In this document: positions 40,531-59,792 of the stretch, one piece after another
Position numbering within the stretch: the first letter of the stretch is position 1
How the letters are laid out: every line of letters begins with the position of its first letter
Assembly (NCBI GenBank): GCA_964035545.1
Contig: OZ037771.1
Span: forward strand, 1,871,628-1,935,627
DNA: 64,000 nt
Origin: Bugula neritina
Taxonomy: Eukaryota; Animalia; Bryozoa
Reading direction: 5' to 3'
The notes under the pieces: generated by a model
Told to the model about the DNA's origin: nothing
Database searches by the model: none
Seen by the model: only the letters and a program-made list of their open reading frames with translations
Program-made: the position numbers and the translations under genes

Positions 40531-43500
40531 ATGGAGAGCAAAATGGAACAAACCATTGACCTGATGGAACGAAATAACAAAGTACCTAATCATAAGAAAG
40601 GCAAGAGCTCTGTGGTGTGCCCCTCTAGTGCTGTGTTATTAGTGACAGCATCGTTGTTGTTGGCAGTGGTTGCCATAGTAACAGCCTGCATCTTGACATT
40701 CAATCTCCGGGAGTCACAACAAAGGGATGCCAAGAGCATTGAGGTACTAAAGGCTAAAGTACAGAAACTGGAAGATCAACAGGCCAATGGGTGTTGTAGT
40801 AATGTAAGTATTTATTCTTGTGAGTAATTGGTAATTTCAGGGAAGTTTTGAGTCTGTCAATAACTGTTTTCTTTTGATGTTAGGAATGATAATGGTATAC
40901 TAGATGGAACTAGGATATTGTTATTGTTAATGAAAGGTCGTAATATCCAAGGTGTAATAAGATGGAAATTTCCAAACTAACTGATTTTATTTGATTAAGC
41001 TTGTAAATAATTGCATCTAGCTTAATATAAATACAAGAGCTAAAAGAATCTTTGATCTAACATAGTTTGCTAAACTGTCAAATTGCTACAATTTTCCATT
41101 ACAGATCTGTAGGAGAAAAACCTCAGGGATAATATGCTTAATTAGAAAAGATAACTCCAAACTTATATTTGGTTTAAAGAATAAAAATTTATCAGTTATA
41201 GCTTACTATGAAGTTAAATTGTCCACCTTGAAGTCGTGTCTGTTGCGAAAAAAATCAAGTTGATAAATTCAATGCAATAGAATTCATAATAATGCACAAA
41301 ATTCCTTGTAGTGTGAGTTTCCTGGTTTTATTACATGTACCTGTTTATGTAATACAATATCATTAAATTCTGAAACTAGGCTCTATTTTCACTGGCTTTA
41401 GTGAAATATGAAATGGCGCCCGGACATTATACAAAACCTAACCTTACTGGCTTGTCATAAAATTTATGAGCACTTATGAATTATCATTTCGATTATTTTG
41501 TTACTGTTGCCAGGGGGCAGATAAAAGGCCTTGTTTACTTATTCCGTCATTTCTAGACATACTCCCATATTTCAACCTCACAAAATACACACTTGCATCA
41601 GAAAGTTTACAGAGTAGCGACAACAGCTGCATGTAACAGCAAGTGCTTGTCGTTATGTCAACTCACGCACCATGAGCTCTTTTTTATTCTTCTGCTGTAT
41701 TAGTTCAAGTTTGTATAGCATTTGTTTTACTTGGCTGTGGTATATAGTATAAGCTTTTGATAATATTATTTGATTTTAGTCAATTGCCTGCATAAATAAT
41801 ATAATATGTTGTTGCTATTTATGTTCTGTACAAATAACATACTACTAGCCAACTACATGGGGAGTTTATCTAACAGCTTATTATGATCAGGGAATCCCCT
41901 AAGTGTTATCAAATGTCAACTTATCTCGATTGTTATTTCATAGAAGCAGTTCAATTGCCAATTGATTAAATAAAAGGCATTAGAATAATAACTTGATATC
42001 CTAGACTGGAACCATTTGTACGAAAACTTTTTACATCATGTAGCAATAATTATGGTAGTGCCTATGTTCCAGTAGCCGAGTTCTAATCTATGTCACAGGG
42101 AAAAGAATTTAGTTTCTTTTATTTGTTTTCATAGACTTGAAGATTTGTCTTTATAATACATCTGATTATTGCTTATAAAATTGATCTAAAGCAAAAGCCT
42201 TTTTCTATTTGACAAAAATTTTGCTTCTCAGATAAATTGCAAACAGACCTGAAAACAATTTTCAAGTCATGCTTTTAAACAAAGTTTTAAAAAACATATT
42301 AACAGCTGTATTTTAATAAGCACAATAATGAATTCAGTTTACCCACTCATCTATACTGCAAATATCATTGTAGAGGTGTGTTTGCTTGTCACTATAGCAA
42401 CAGCCAGGTCTTTGCATCTACTCTTTTGCCAAGTGCAATGCAAAACTTCCTGGTTAAATTATTTCTAGTTTCTTGATTTATTATTGTACTCAATGAACTA
42501 AAACTCCTAGCTATATTTCAATGATTTTAGTTAACTTAATAGTGCTTGCTGGTTTGTTCTCCCGAAACAGAAAGTCATATTTCATTATCTGGTGCACTTG
42601 AAGTGCGTTTCTTAAAGGCTTTTCCATAACAACAAAAGTTTTTCCTTAAATAAATTATCTTAAAGCAATAACTAACAGCTAAATTGTATGTTTCATTGCT
42701 ATTTAAATACAGGCTTATATAACTTTTGCTCAACTAAATTCCATAATAATAACTTAACTGTTATGGAAATTATATCAATATGTAAGTTATTATATTATGA
42801 GTATTATAATTATTATTAATTTAATAATGACTTTATCTACATTGATTTGTCTAATTAATGTGCAGAAGGACGATGACCTCGAGCCAATGCACGGTGGCAT
42901 GTCATTGAGAGAACGGTTTCGCTCCAAGAGAAACGCCAATCTCAATCTCGTACAAAGCAGCCTTCTACAGTCTATTAAACTTGAGGAATCTGACCATATA
43001 AGGAATGAGCATCATGGTGAGACAACTACAAACACATATTCGCTTGTATAAACACTTTTTGACACATTTTAGTCATACCAAAATTATAATAAAAATTTAA
43101 CTTATTAGATATAAAGACTTCCCCTGACAATTTTGTACTTTATTGCAAATATTGTAACTGTAACAAATTTGGCTATAACTGTAAACATAGCTATAACAAC
43201 AACTAAAGCTACTACGTCTACAAAGAAAACTACAACTATCACTGCTACCATAAATAAAACTACAAAATCAACTACCACTGCCCACACAACCGCAACTATA
43301 ACAACTCTAACAGCTAATTACATCATGAATCATATTTTTGTCCTGATAAAACTCATCTCATAAATTATCTTCAAAGACATCTTGAAAACATATTTGTTTG
43401 AAAATTTTGATAACAAGTTTTGGCTCTTGAGCACACAGCTTCCTTCTCTTTAAATGACCAGCTTATCCAGTTTCTCATTATTTCAAATTACTGCTGCCGC

Positions 43501-45803
43501 TGCCCATAAAGTCTAAACAGAAGCTTCGTATTTTACGTCGCTATAACAACTTTTGAATACTCTGTTACAGGACTGGCCAGCAGTCATATTGCCCTGCTCT
43601 ATGGAGACCCTCAACACATCACAGAGATTAGCAACGCTCAAACAAGTACGTGAATATTAATACATCTTTCATCAGGCAATGATGTTTATTGTGTGTTGTA
43701 TTAAAAATATTTACAATTAATACTAATAAATATAAATAGAAAGTAATTGGAGTTATTAGGTTCAATATAATTTACTTAACAATATAAAGAGCTAAATATA
43801 AATATCAATATGACAAATTTTAATGTATTGATATTTATAATTAGCTATTATATTGTTAATTAAATTATATATTAAACTTCATAAATTCAATTACTTTTTA
43901 TTTGATTTTAGACTTAATATTATATTTACATGTAGGCTTACTTATTAAATGTATGCCTAGATGATTATATAATAGTCTATTACTACAATAATGATTTGCT
44001 CCCTCTCTTGCCTGTAAGTTTTGGATATACTGTATGTATTTACTGGCAGCTCCAAACGCAGACCTCAGAATGCGACCTTCATCTCAACCTCTGAACCCTC
44101 TGTGTGCTAGCATGTCTGAGAATGGAAACAGTGACATCTGGTGTAAGCCTCTAAACCAGTACCAGAAACACAAGTTCATGTTATGGGGTAAGAGCCGTGT
44201 TGTTATTTGGATGACATAATATTACACTTAATTTCAGTCTTTAACTTCTCAAGCTTCTAATAAATTTTTAAAACTAGTCATGTGTGTTTTTTTGAATTTA
44301 ATATTGACGTCTCAAGTAACAGAGGGTAAATAAAACTATCAAATAATATTTTATTTCAAGAGCCTTGCTGGTTTTGACTTTTCATTAAATAAACGTTTCT
44401 TGGTTCAGGTTGTCGGTGTTAAGCTTAACAAGTAATGAGTTTTCATGGATGCAGACACAACTATTAAATTATAATCATAATTTGAGTTATGCAGAGTTTG
44501 ATCAGATTATATATAACTTGTATTAAATCATATTTTTTTGCATATAGATCATAGTGGATACTTCCCATACTTTAAGAAAGCTGAATGGATGAATAGCAGA
44601 CTTTCTCGAAAAAACTTCTTGGTTTCCCATTCCGAGAAGAGACAACTTCTAGTTCAAACTAAAGGCATCTACATTGTAGCCTCAAATGTAAGTAACAGAT
44701 TTCAGTTCAAAAAGTAAATTAAGTAAATATTCACTTATAATACCAATGTCTGGCTCTAATAAGCATTTGATTTTGATCTAATGATTTACTATTGATTTAA
44801 CTTAACTTGCAAATATGTTAAAACTAAAATGAAATAATGCTAAAGGCTCTATAAGTGTTGATTATGATGCGTGTAAAAGAAGGTGCATAGTAACCATCTT
44901 TTTACTAAGTTTCAAGTATTTTATAATATTTTTGTTTTAGAAAATTCAATCATTTTTAAATATGCCTATTTCAATGCTACTTGTGTAAAAATTTCCAATT
45001 TGTGTTTTAGATGCATTTCTCTGAGATTCAATCTGATGATCATGAAATCTTTCACTACGGAGTATACAAGACCAATTCAACTGATGGCGATATTCAAACT
45101 CTTAGCCTGTGTACATTTACTGCGGCTAGCAACAGGAGTGGTGGGGTATACCCATGTCCCACTTGGCAGGTAAACCTCTGAGGCTATAATAAAGATTTTC
45201 CTTGACAGATGCAATTATACAATATAGTCATATAAAAAACATCCATGCATTTTTCAAACTTGAAATTACTTACCACTGTTAAAGAGTGATACAGATTAAT
45301 ACCCTAATTTTTAAATTTGTGATGCTATACTAATTGGGTGATGATTAAATAATAACCCAATAGACTGCGATGTCATTGCTTAATATAAAAAATTAATTAC
45401 TCAATATGAATATAATATTTGTTTGATTAAAATATGATATCTCAATAAACTATGTATATTAGTATACTAAAATAATTTACGGACAAAATAATATAAGTTA
45501 GGATTCGATAATAAAAAAAAAGCTGTTTTTATATTGTTGACGAAAATAACAAAGCACTGCATGAACCAAAAACTGACCCCAGGTAAGGGGTGGTGTACTC
45601 GACAATGTCAATCACATAGTTTCATCTGGTGCAATTGTTATCCATCAATTTACAATATTAGGTTTCAAATTTTAATTTTTTTGCAGTTGGCATCTCTGGA
45701 AGCTGGAGATAAAGTCTTTCTCAAGATTAGCGGCTTCAACTGGTTTAATGTTGATAAGAATTTCTTCCTTGCTGTTATAAAGCTCAACGACTGGGGTGTA
45801 TGA
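40531..45803 (+). CDS. TNF-superfamily ligand 4, 7 exons, ~350 aa
   Basis: Exons 40531-40803, 42866-43016, 43571-43645, 44050-44187, 44548-44687, 45011-45169, 45687-45803. TM segment, furin site RSKR, LLVQTKGIYIVASNMHF, LC...YPC, LEAGDKVFLKI. Closest paralogue of gene 3. Confidence 0.88.
41890..41899 (+). promoter_or_regulatory. NF-kB consensus site (GGGAATCCCC) in intron 1 of TNF-like gene 4
   Basis: Matches GGGRNNYYCC; a kB-like palindrome GGAAATTTCC lies at 40964-40973 in the same intron. Function is untested. Confidence 0.35.
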
Positions 45804-46992
45804 AAACCTTTTATATAATAATATAATAGCAAATTTTATATCTTCCATTATAGTACAGTTTTTATTTACGTTTTTAAGTATATGCAGCATTTCAGCAAAT
45901 ACATTTTTATTTTTCCTTGAGATTCCAGAGTCTCTCATTTAAATTTCTTTAAATGCTATTATTTACATTTAAACATAATGCATCTGTTAACACTGTCTAT
46001 GTGCACAAATGATGCAATATTTATATACCATAGTTATTTTTATATTGTATTATTTTCATTAAAATTGCATTAAATTGTTCATGTACATAGTTCAAAAACA
46101 TTTTTATTTTTTTGCAATTATCATACCGGTACAACTAAAGTGTGAAAATATATTTTATTCTGAGAATATCAAACAAATTTTATTCATTAATAAAGCATAT
46201 TTGATAATATTCGAGTAACAAAATAATTAAAAAATAATCTTATAAAAATAGAAATATTAAATAAATAAATAATGTAAAACACTGAATTGTACAAATGTAC
46301 ACATTTCGACTGGTGCTAAATAAATAACTTGTGAACTGCAAAGGAAGCCACAAATACTAATGATATCATACCATATGTGGTATTTTATTTTTCGTTATAC
46401 TGAGCAGAAAAACCCACTATAATAATCCATGTTTTAACTGCAAGTAAGTAATACAATTGAACATAAATTAGTTCTGCTTTTCTAAAATAAAAACTCACTT
46501 TATGATATACTTTGGTAAAGGTAAACTACATGCATATAATGTGCTAAAGCAAAAAAAGTTATTTTGTCAATAAAAATGATTTAATATCTACTATAACCAC
46601 TAGTAGGCCTATTCATTCTTTATGATTCTGTAATGATACTTTTAAAATTGAATAATGTATGGTATATGCATTTTATTTTTGCATTTTAGTAAAACTTTAA
46701 AAAACATTATTACTTTTAAAGCTTTGCCTACCTAAGTCTCAAATCATTTTATGGCAAAAGCATATTACTAAGAATATGCTTAAAAGTTTCTACAGCAGCC
46801 ACTTTTCAATATGAATGTAATTACGCAGTTAAAATTTTGTACTTTTAAAAAGAGCTCAATTATATAGTGCACACCACTTTAATTTAATTTTAATAAAGTT
46901 TAAAAAATTTTAGGCACCGCTTATTCAAAATAAATGAAAATTATATAAATGTTGATAACCTTAAATTTTTATAAAAATTAAATGATAGAGCT

Positions 46993-53429
<6,437 letters not shown>

Positions 53430-54050
53430 CAATGAGTGAGTGTATATTTCGTTGTGGAAATTTTAAAAGAAAACTCAAATGAGTGTCTTCGAAAGTATGA
53501 GTTATGAGTCATAGTCAATAGGTCACATGACTCTTTGGAAAGTCCGAATTCCAGCTCATACAGGTCAAGTTTTCTGTCCAATAGCCATCCGGCTGGGTAC
53601 ACTATATATCTGTCTGTCAATTCAATTTTACAAAATAAAATTATTTAAAAAATATTAGAAATTTATTATCTTCTTGTAACTCTTGCAAAAATTGAACATA
53701 CTTTGAGGAAACAAATGCAATTCCTACTAGCAACTGTACACTAAAACAAGTTTAAATTATTAGTTCATAGGTTCAAAAGTTATTGGCTTTAAAAAGCTGC
53801 CTGTGTTAAAATAAAGCAATCTAGACTTTACTGCATACTAACATAGAAATTCAAAGCATATCATTACTTAAACAACATATTTTTACAACATTCTGAGCAA
53901 TTTGTGTTCAAAAGTAACATTATTGCTAAAATACTTCATAATTTAAAAATCAACAAATCTGTGTAAGTAATAGAAACAGCGAAAGGAAACAAAACATTGA
54001 CCTATCATTTCATATTAAACTCAAACTACGTGACAGATGTTATACATAAT

Positions 54051-57000
54051 CTACTCAAGTCCTAAAGCCCAGTTCACCCCTTGAACAATGGAGAATATTA
54101 TAGGGAGCCAGGCTACGAGGAATCGGACAAAGTCTAAATATCCACTGTAGTATATATGAGTTCTCTCCCAGGGGCTGTGGTTGAACAGTCTCTTCAGATC
54201 AACCTGGAACATTACACAAGAATAATACTGGGTAAATCAGTCTAAAAACTGTTTTAAATGCAGTAACTAAAGCCTTTATATGGACAGCATAGTCGTAACA
54301 CATGTAGTAGAGCTGTAATATAGACAGTATAAGAAGGCAGTAGAAAACATTCTCCAACATCTTTCAATTCAATATGATTCTCTCATATTTATATTAAAAC
54401 TGCTTTATGAAAACAGTTTGCCAGGTAATTGGCAGTTAGGCTAGAATATCAATGGATAGGTGGGGCGTGGAGGTGATGCGCCAATATTACACTTCTTTGC
54501 TATAAAAATCACACTAGTATTTAAAATTTCAGTTTTAGCAACAACTTGTGATGACATACAGCTACCTATCCACTGTTCACTGCCTCCTAAATTATTTAAT
54601 CAGCTGCATGGTTACATAGATGTAAACAAAACCCACATTAAACATAGAAACAATTAAAATAAAAATAATGCAGGTACCCAAACCTTTCCTTCTACATTCT
54701 ACAACTCAACTACAAACTACTACTACTAAGGGCAGGCTAATGCTTTGACCTGCTAGCATACGACCTTGGCAAATTCACACAGTGTCTGATTAGATAATAA
54801 TCAGTATTGAAACTACGCCAAGAAATTGCAACAGGGTAAGAGCTGCGTAACTCCCTTGTGACCAGCAGCCAGTTGTTTGGCAAACAGACAGACTTAGTAA
54901 TAATAAACATAAGCATCTGTTTAATAAATAACCAGCACGCTTGCCCCTCTCAGTTGTCACGGTAACCATATTTTGATATATTAACATAAAGCCCCTAGTA
55001 AAACTACTGCAATGCCAAACTCATATCTCTCAATTGTTTTATCAAACAGACTCCAATCACATCAATTTCTATAATTTTGGGTAAAACAAACCCCTCCCTC
55101 CCCCCCCCCTGAAGCCTGCAAACATATTACTACATGCTGAATAAAGTAGAGGAAAACCTATATTCATTGGTTAGAAACACATTATAGTACGAGTTACCTT
55201 TTCCTTGCAGTAGGGGCAGGTTTGCTTCTTTCCTATAATGTACCAGCCCCGAATACAGAACTCGTGGAATGTGTGGCCACACGTCAGAGTGTACCGCTTC
55301 TCCATCACAGCCGTCTCATTGCTATAGTTTATTTTATTACCACAGATGGCGCAGACGTTCTCATCCAGCTGTCTGCCGGGAAGTCCGCCAGGTGTGTAAT
55401 ACTTCAACACGATAACAACACAAGTAATAACATAGAATAGAATGTGTAATACTTCAACACAGTAACAGCACAATCAATAACATAGAATAGAATGTGTAAT
55501 ACTTCAACACAGTAACAGCACAATCAATAACATAGAATAGAATGTGTAATACTTCAACACAGTAACAGCACAAGTAATAACATAGAATAGAATGTGTAAT
55601 ACTTCAACACAATAACAGCACAAGTAATAACATAGAATAGAATGTGTAATACTTCAACACGATAACAACACAAGTAATAACATAGAATAGAATGTGTAAT
55701 ACTTCAACACAGTAACAGCACAAGTAATAACATAGAATAGAATGTGTAATACTTCAACACAGTAACAGCACAATCAATAACATAGAATAGAATGTGTAAT
55801 ACTTCAACACAGTAACAGCACAATCAATAACATAGAATAGAATGTGTAATACTTCAACACAGTAACAGCACAAGTAATAACATAGAATAGAATGTGTAAT
55901 ACTTCAACACAATAACAGCACAAGTAATAACATAGAATAGAATGTGTAATACTTCAACACAATAACAACACAAGTAATAACATAGAATAGAATGTGTAAT
56001 ACTTCAACACAATAACAGCACAAGTAATAACATAGAATAGAATGTGTAATACTTCAACACAGTAACAGCACAAGTAATAACATAGAATAGAATGTGTAAT
56101 ACTTCAACACAATAACAGCACAAGTAATAACATAGAATAGAATGTGTGATACTTCAACACAGTAACAGCACAAATAATAACATAGAATAGAATGTGTGAT
56201 ACTTCAACACAGTAACAACACAAGTAATAACTTAGAATAGAATGTGTAATACTTCAACACAGTAACATTGAATAAAAATAGTATATATTCATTAATTATT
56301 ATTTATTAATACTTCAACACAAGTATTGACATAGAGTAAAATATTATTATATATCTGCAGACATATTGCATATGAATGATTGAATCAAAGATTGCATAAA
56401 GCATGTAGTTCAAGAATTTGATTATGAAACTCCATGGAAAGATAACTCCAAATTATCACAAAGCAAATAGCATATTCAATGCTGAAAGAAATCAATGAAA
56501 TTTTTTCAAACACACAATTTACAACCAAATATCTACATAATGATTTTTTTTACAAAAAAGTGACATTTTTTGAGAAGTGAACTTATAAATTCAGGCAATA
56601 ATTTCAAGTATACAGATTTCTAGAAGGTAAAATAAAAAAACGACGAATAAGATTCACAATATTCACTGCAATTTCCTAACTTCTACAAACTTATAGAAAT
56701 CAGTTATTTTAGATTACTTGCATCAACCCACACCCACTCATGGCTACTCAAATCCAACCCATCACCAAAACAATGAGGCGAAACAAAACTTTTAGAGCCG
56801 ATGCCAAAAGGAATTTATTTATATTGAATGATTTTCAGATATAAAATTGGCAGAATAACAACAAAAACTATATTCAAAACAATGGCCTAAGATAGAAGCA
56901 AACAAGGAAAAGCTTTCATTTACAGCCAACATTTTGCCAAAAAAAAACCTAATAAATAATTATGAATGCTCTGCCAGGTTGTCATTCCTGCTGGCATAGT

Positions 57001-59792
57001 CTACCGAGAGAGACCCTTCACTAGGAAGGTGAATTATTATAAACTATATTACAAACTATTGCCAAACGCTTATCAACCCTTGTAATATTTTGAAAGATAA
57101 TGTTATACACAGAATGTACCAGCCAGTATCCACAATATTATCCATCAAAACATATTATAAAAACATAAACAGTTTCGCTATGACTCAGTTAGAGGTCAAG
57201 AGGTTAGCGTGAGCTAGGTCATGGGTTCAAATCCCGGCAGGGCCATTGGTGGTGTCAGGAAGAGTATCGCACAATACTAGCTCCTGCGTCACAGTGCTTA
57301 CAAAACCCCGGCACCATCGGGGGTTCTCACAGGGATGAATACTTTAAACAAACTTGAGTTGTGTTATGACTCATAGGGTAGGCCCGGCTGCAAACATAAG
57401 AAAAGACTCTAAAACTACTCGAATCACGTCTACTGTGTGACTCAAAGGTAAGAATTTACTCACCCCTATACTAGCAGCCATGACGTCTGTACACGTCTCG
57501 GAGAAATCTCTACCAACCACACCAAAATATAGTCCATAGAAGAGGATCATAGTTCCAAAGTTCAAGGCCGTATCCGGTCTCACCCCTGAACAACAGCAAA
57601 CTTCAATCAAACTTGGCAATATACAAAAAAAGCTTTATATGTTTACGAAAAATAGAAAGTTATTTTTGAAGTGACAGATAAAAAAAACTAGATAAAAGTT
57701 AGGGAAATTGTGGCATTATTAATATTCTGATAGCAGATGTGCTTACAGTCACATCATATGAAAAATCAATTCCTGAAAGCAATGAGTTAAATATTTTCCT
57801 TTTTTCACTAGGATATGCATTTCTCAGTGCAAGTGATGAGGTAGAGCTGCGGCTATACCAACAACCAACTAGATTATACACAACACTGCTTGGTTTGAGT
57901 TCCTAATTCTTGGCTTAGCATTTAGGTTTGAAATTTTAATATAATCAGACAACTTTTACGTCCCATAGCCGTAGTAGAACTAGGGCTACTAAGCACACAT
58001 ATGGGGTAGGGGTGGCACTTACCCAGCAGAACGTTGAATCCCAAAAATGTTGCGAGAATACAGAAATAGCCAGCCACTCCTGCCGCATAGCAAGATTGAT
58101 AAACGAAAAGGAACCACTTATACACCCACCTAAAGCAAAAGTGAAAATAAACTATTAATTTAGAGTTATTATCTCATATCGCATAGAACAAGCGAGGAGA
58201 CAACTCCAAATAGTACAGCATTATTTAGTAATTATTAGTTATGGACTAAACAGAGTGAAATTGTCATGAAAATCATGTGAAAATTGAACTAACAAATGTG
58301 GCATGGCGTATGTGGGAAACGCAAGCAATAGTAAAAGTTAGAAATACTATTCATAGGGAGAATAAAATATAAAACGGAATTTATTCACCTCGGAGTGTTC
58401 ATTGAGATCGGCTTTTGTACAGCTGCATAGCAGACGTTTCCGGTGATGAGGGAAAAGAGGAACCAGACAACTAGAAACCTCCACCACCACATCTTGAGGC
58501 ATATGATAAGTGGTACCAGCCACATGGCGCATAACGTGGCGGCCTGAGTCAACAGAGAAGCATATTCAGTACACGTAGAAAACATAGAAATAAGAATTAG
58601 GAAGGAAATAAGGGCAAGGTTCAAGAATGGAGACAGCTTCCATGTAATAGATGAAAATTTGGATTATTTTTGGTTTGAAAATTTTAATTAACGTATAGTG
58701 CATAAAGATGAGATTTTTAGTCTGAACTAAATTCTCGTCACTAATACACATTCAACTTTTCTACAAGCGAGGACCAGTTGTGACACACGCAGTGTAAACC
58801 ATATGAAACAGTCTCTTGAGAGTAATTGCTGATGTCAGCAAAGGTATTCACTAATAACCAGTAAATTCCAGCACAGCCTCACCTGGTAGGAACGTGCATG
58901 CTTTGTCCGCCATAGAAGTAGCAGACCCTGAGCCAAGATTAAACTGACCATTAGTATCATCATCATTTCAGCGTGCATAGCCTCGTGCCCTTTGTGCTTC
59001 TCATGCATCTGCTCATGCAAATACCTACAGGTATTGAGCAGCCCATACTAGAGTTACACACCTTAGGCTATGAGAATTTATAACGAACAATGAAACTAAC
59101 ATAATAACAGTCAGCAATTCAGACTGTAACGATTTTCATAGTCAGTTTGCATAATACAAGTCAAGACTATATATAGTCACATTAAATAAAAATATTACAA
59201 TCAGAGAAAGTTCAAAAGTTTGAAAATGGCAATGATATGTCCTATTACAGCAAGTAATTGGGACCACTTTTTATTCTATTAGACGTTTTTGTGAGTATAG
59301 TAAGTTAATATATTGCATTTATATATTGAGAAAATATTATGATATTTAAATATATTGATGACATAGCCTATCACAGACCGGGCTCTTCAATACCACGCCC
59401 CTTCCAGATGACAGAACACTATACAATAAGTTCATGTATGACACAGAACACTGCTAAATAACTAACAACTATCTCAACTCACCTTCTCCGCTCAGCTTCA
59501 CTCATCTTAGATAAGTCAGGTGTAACATGAGGCTGTAGAAAATCAAAGATAATTATTAACTGAAATATACTAAATACACTTTTAATTAAAGAAACGTCTC
59601 AGAAAACAGGTAAAAAAATCTTAAACTTTAGGCAAGTGAAATATGCATAGGATTTTAGCATTGGCAAGTCAAATATAATTAAATGTTTAACAACTAGCAT
59701 TATTTTAGCAGTTTAACTCATGGAACTGCATTTTAGTGTAAAATATAAAAACTTACCAGCACGGCTTCTGCATGAGCTCCATTGTCTGCCAT
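54051..59792 (-). CDS. RNF121: RING finger protein 121/175 homologue (multi-pass membrane RING-H2 E3 ligase), 8 exons, 322 aa
   Basis: Exons 59792-59757, 59532-59483, 59024-58883, 58543-58389, 58129-58023, 57585-57464, 55401-55198, 54203-54051. Motifs [56 protein letters not shown] and terminal LGLE. Confidence 0.95.
55393..56267. repeat. 50-bp tandem repeat, ~17.5 units, built from the RNF121 intron-6/exon-7 junction
   Basis: acttcaacac recurs every 50 bp from 55401 to 56251 (18 times), plus a degenerate copy at 56311. Confidence 0.97.
57176..57345 (+). mobile_element. tRNA-derived SINE-like element
   Basis: B-box gggttcaaatccc followed by ggccattggtggtgtcaggaagagtatc; it shares the ctcacag tail with the 26.9-kb copy. 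Confidence 0.65.

Noticed and set aside
43133-43363. Thr-rich mucin-like ORF inside TNF-like gene 4
   Set aside because: Degenerate (ACT/ACA)n low-complexity intron sequence without convincing splice sites; the gene splices in phase without it.
55393-56267. CRISPR-like appearance of the regular 50-bp repeat (also the 33-bp and 15-bp repeats)
   Set aside because: Units are head-to-tail with no unique spacers, there are no cas genes, and the context is eukaryotic.
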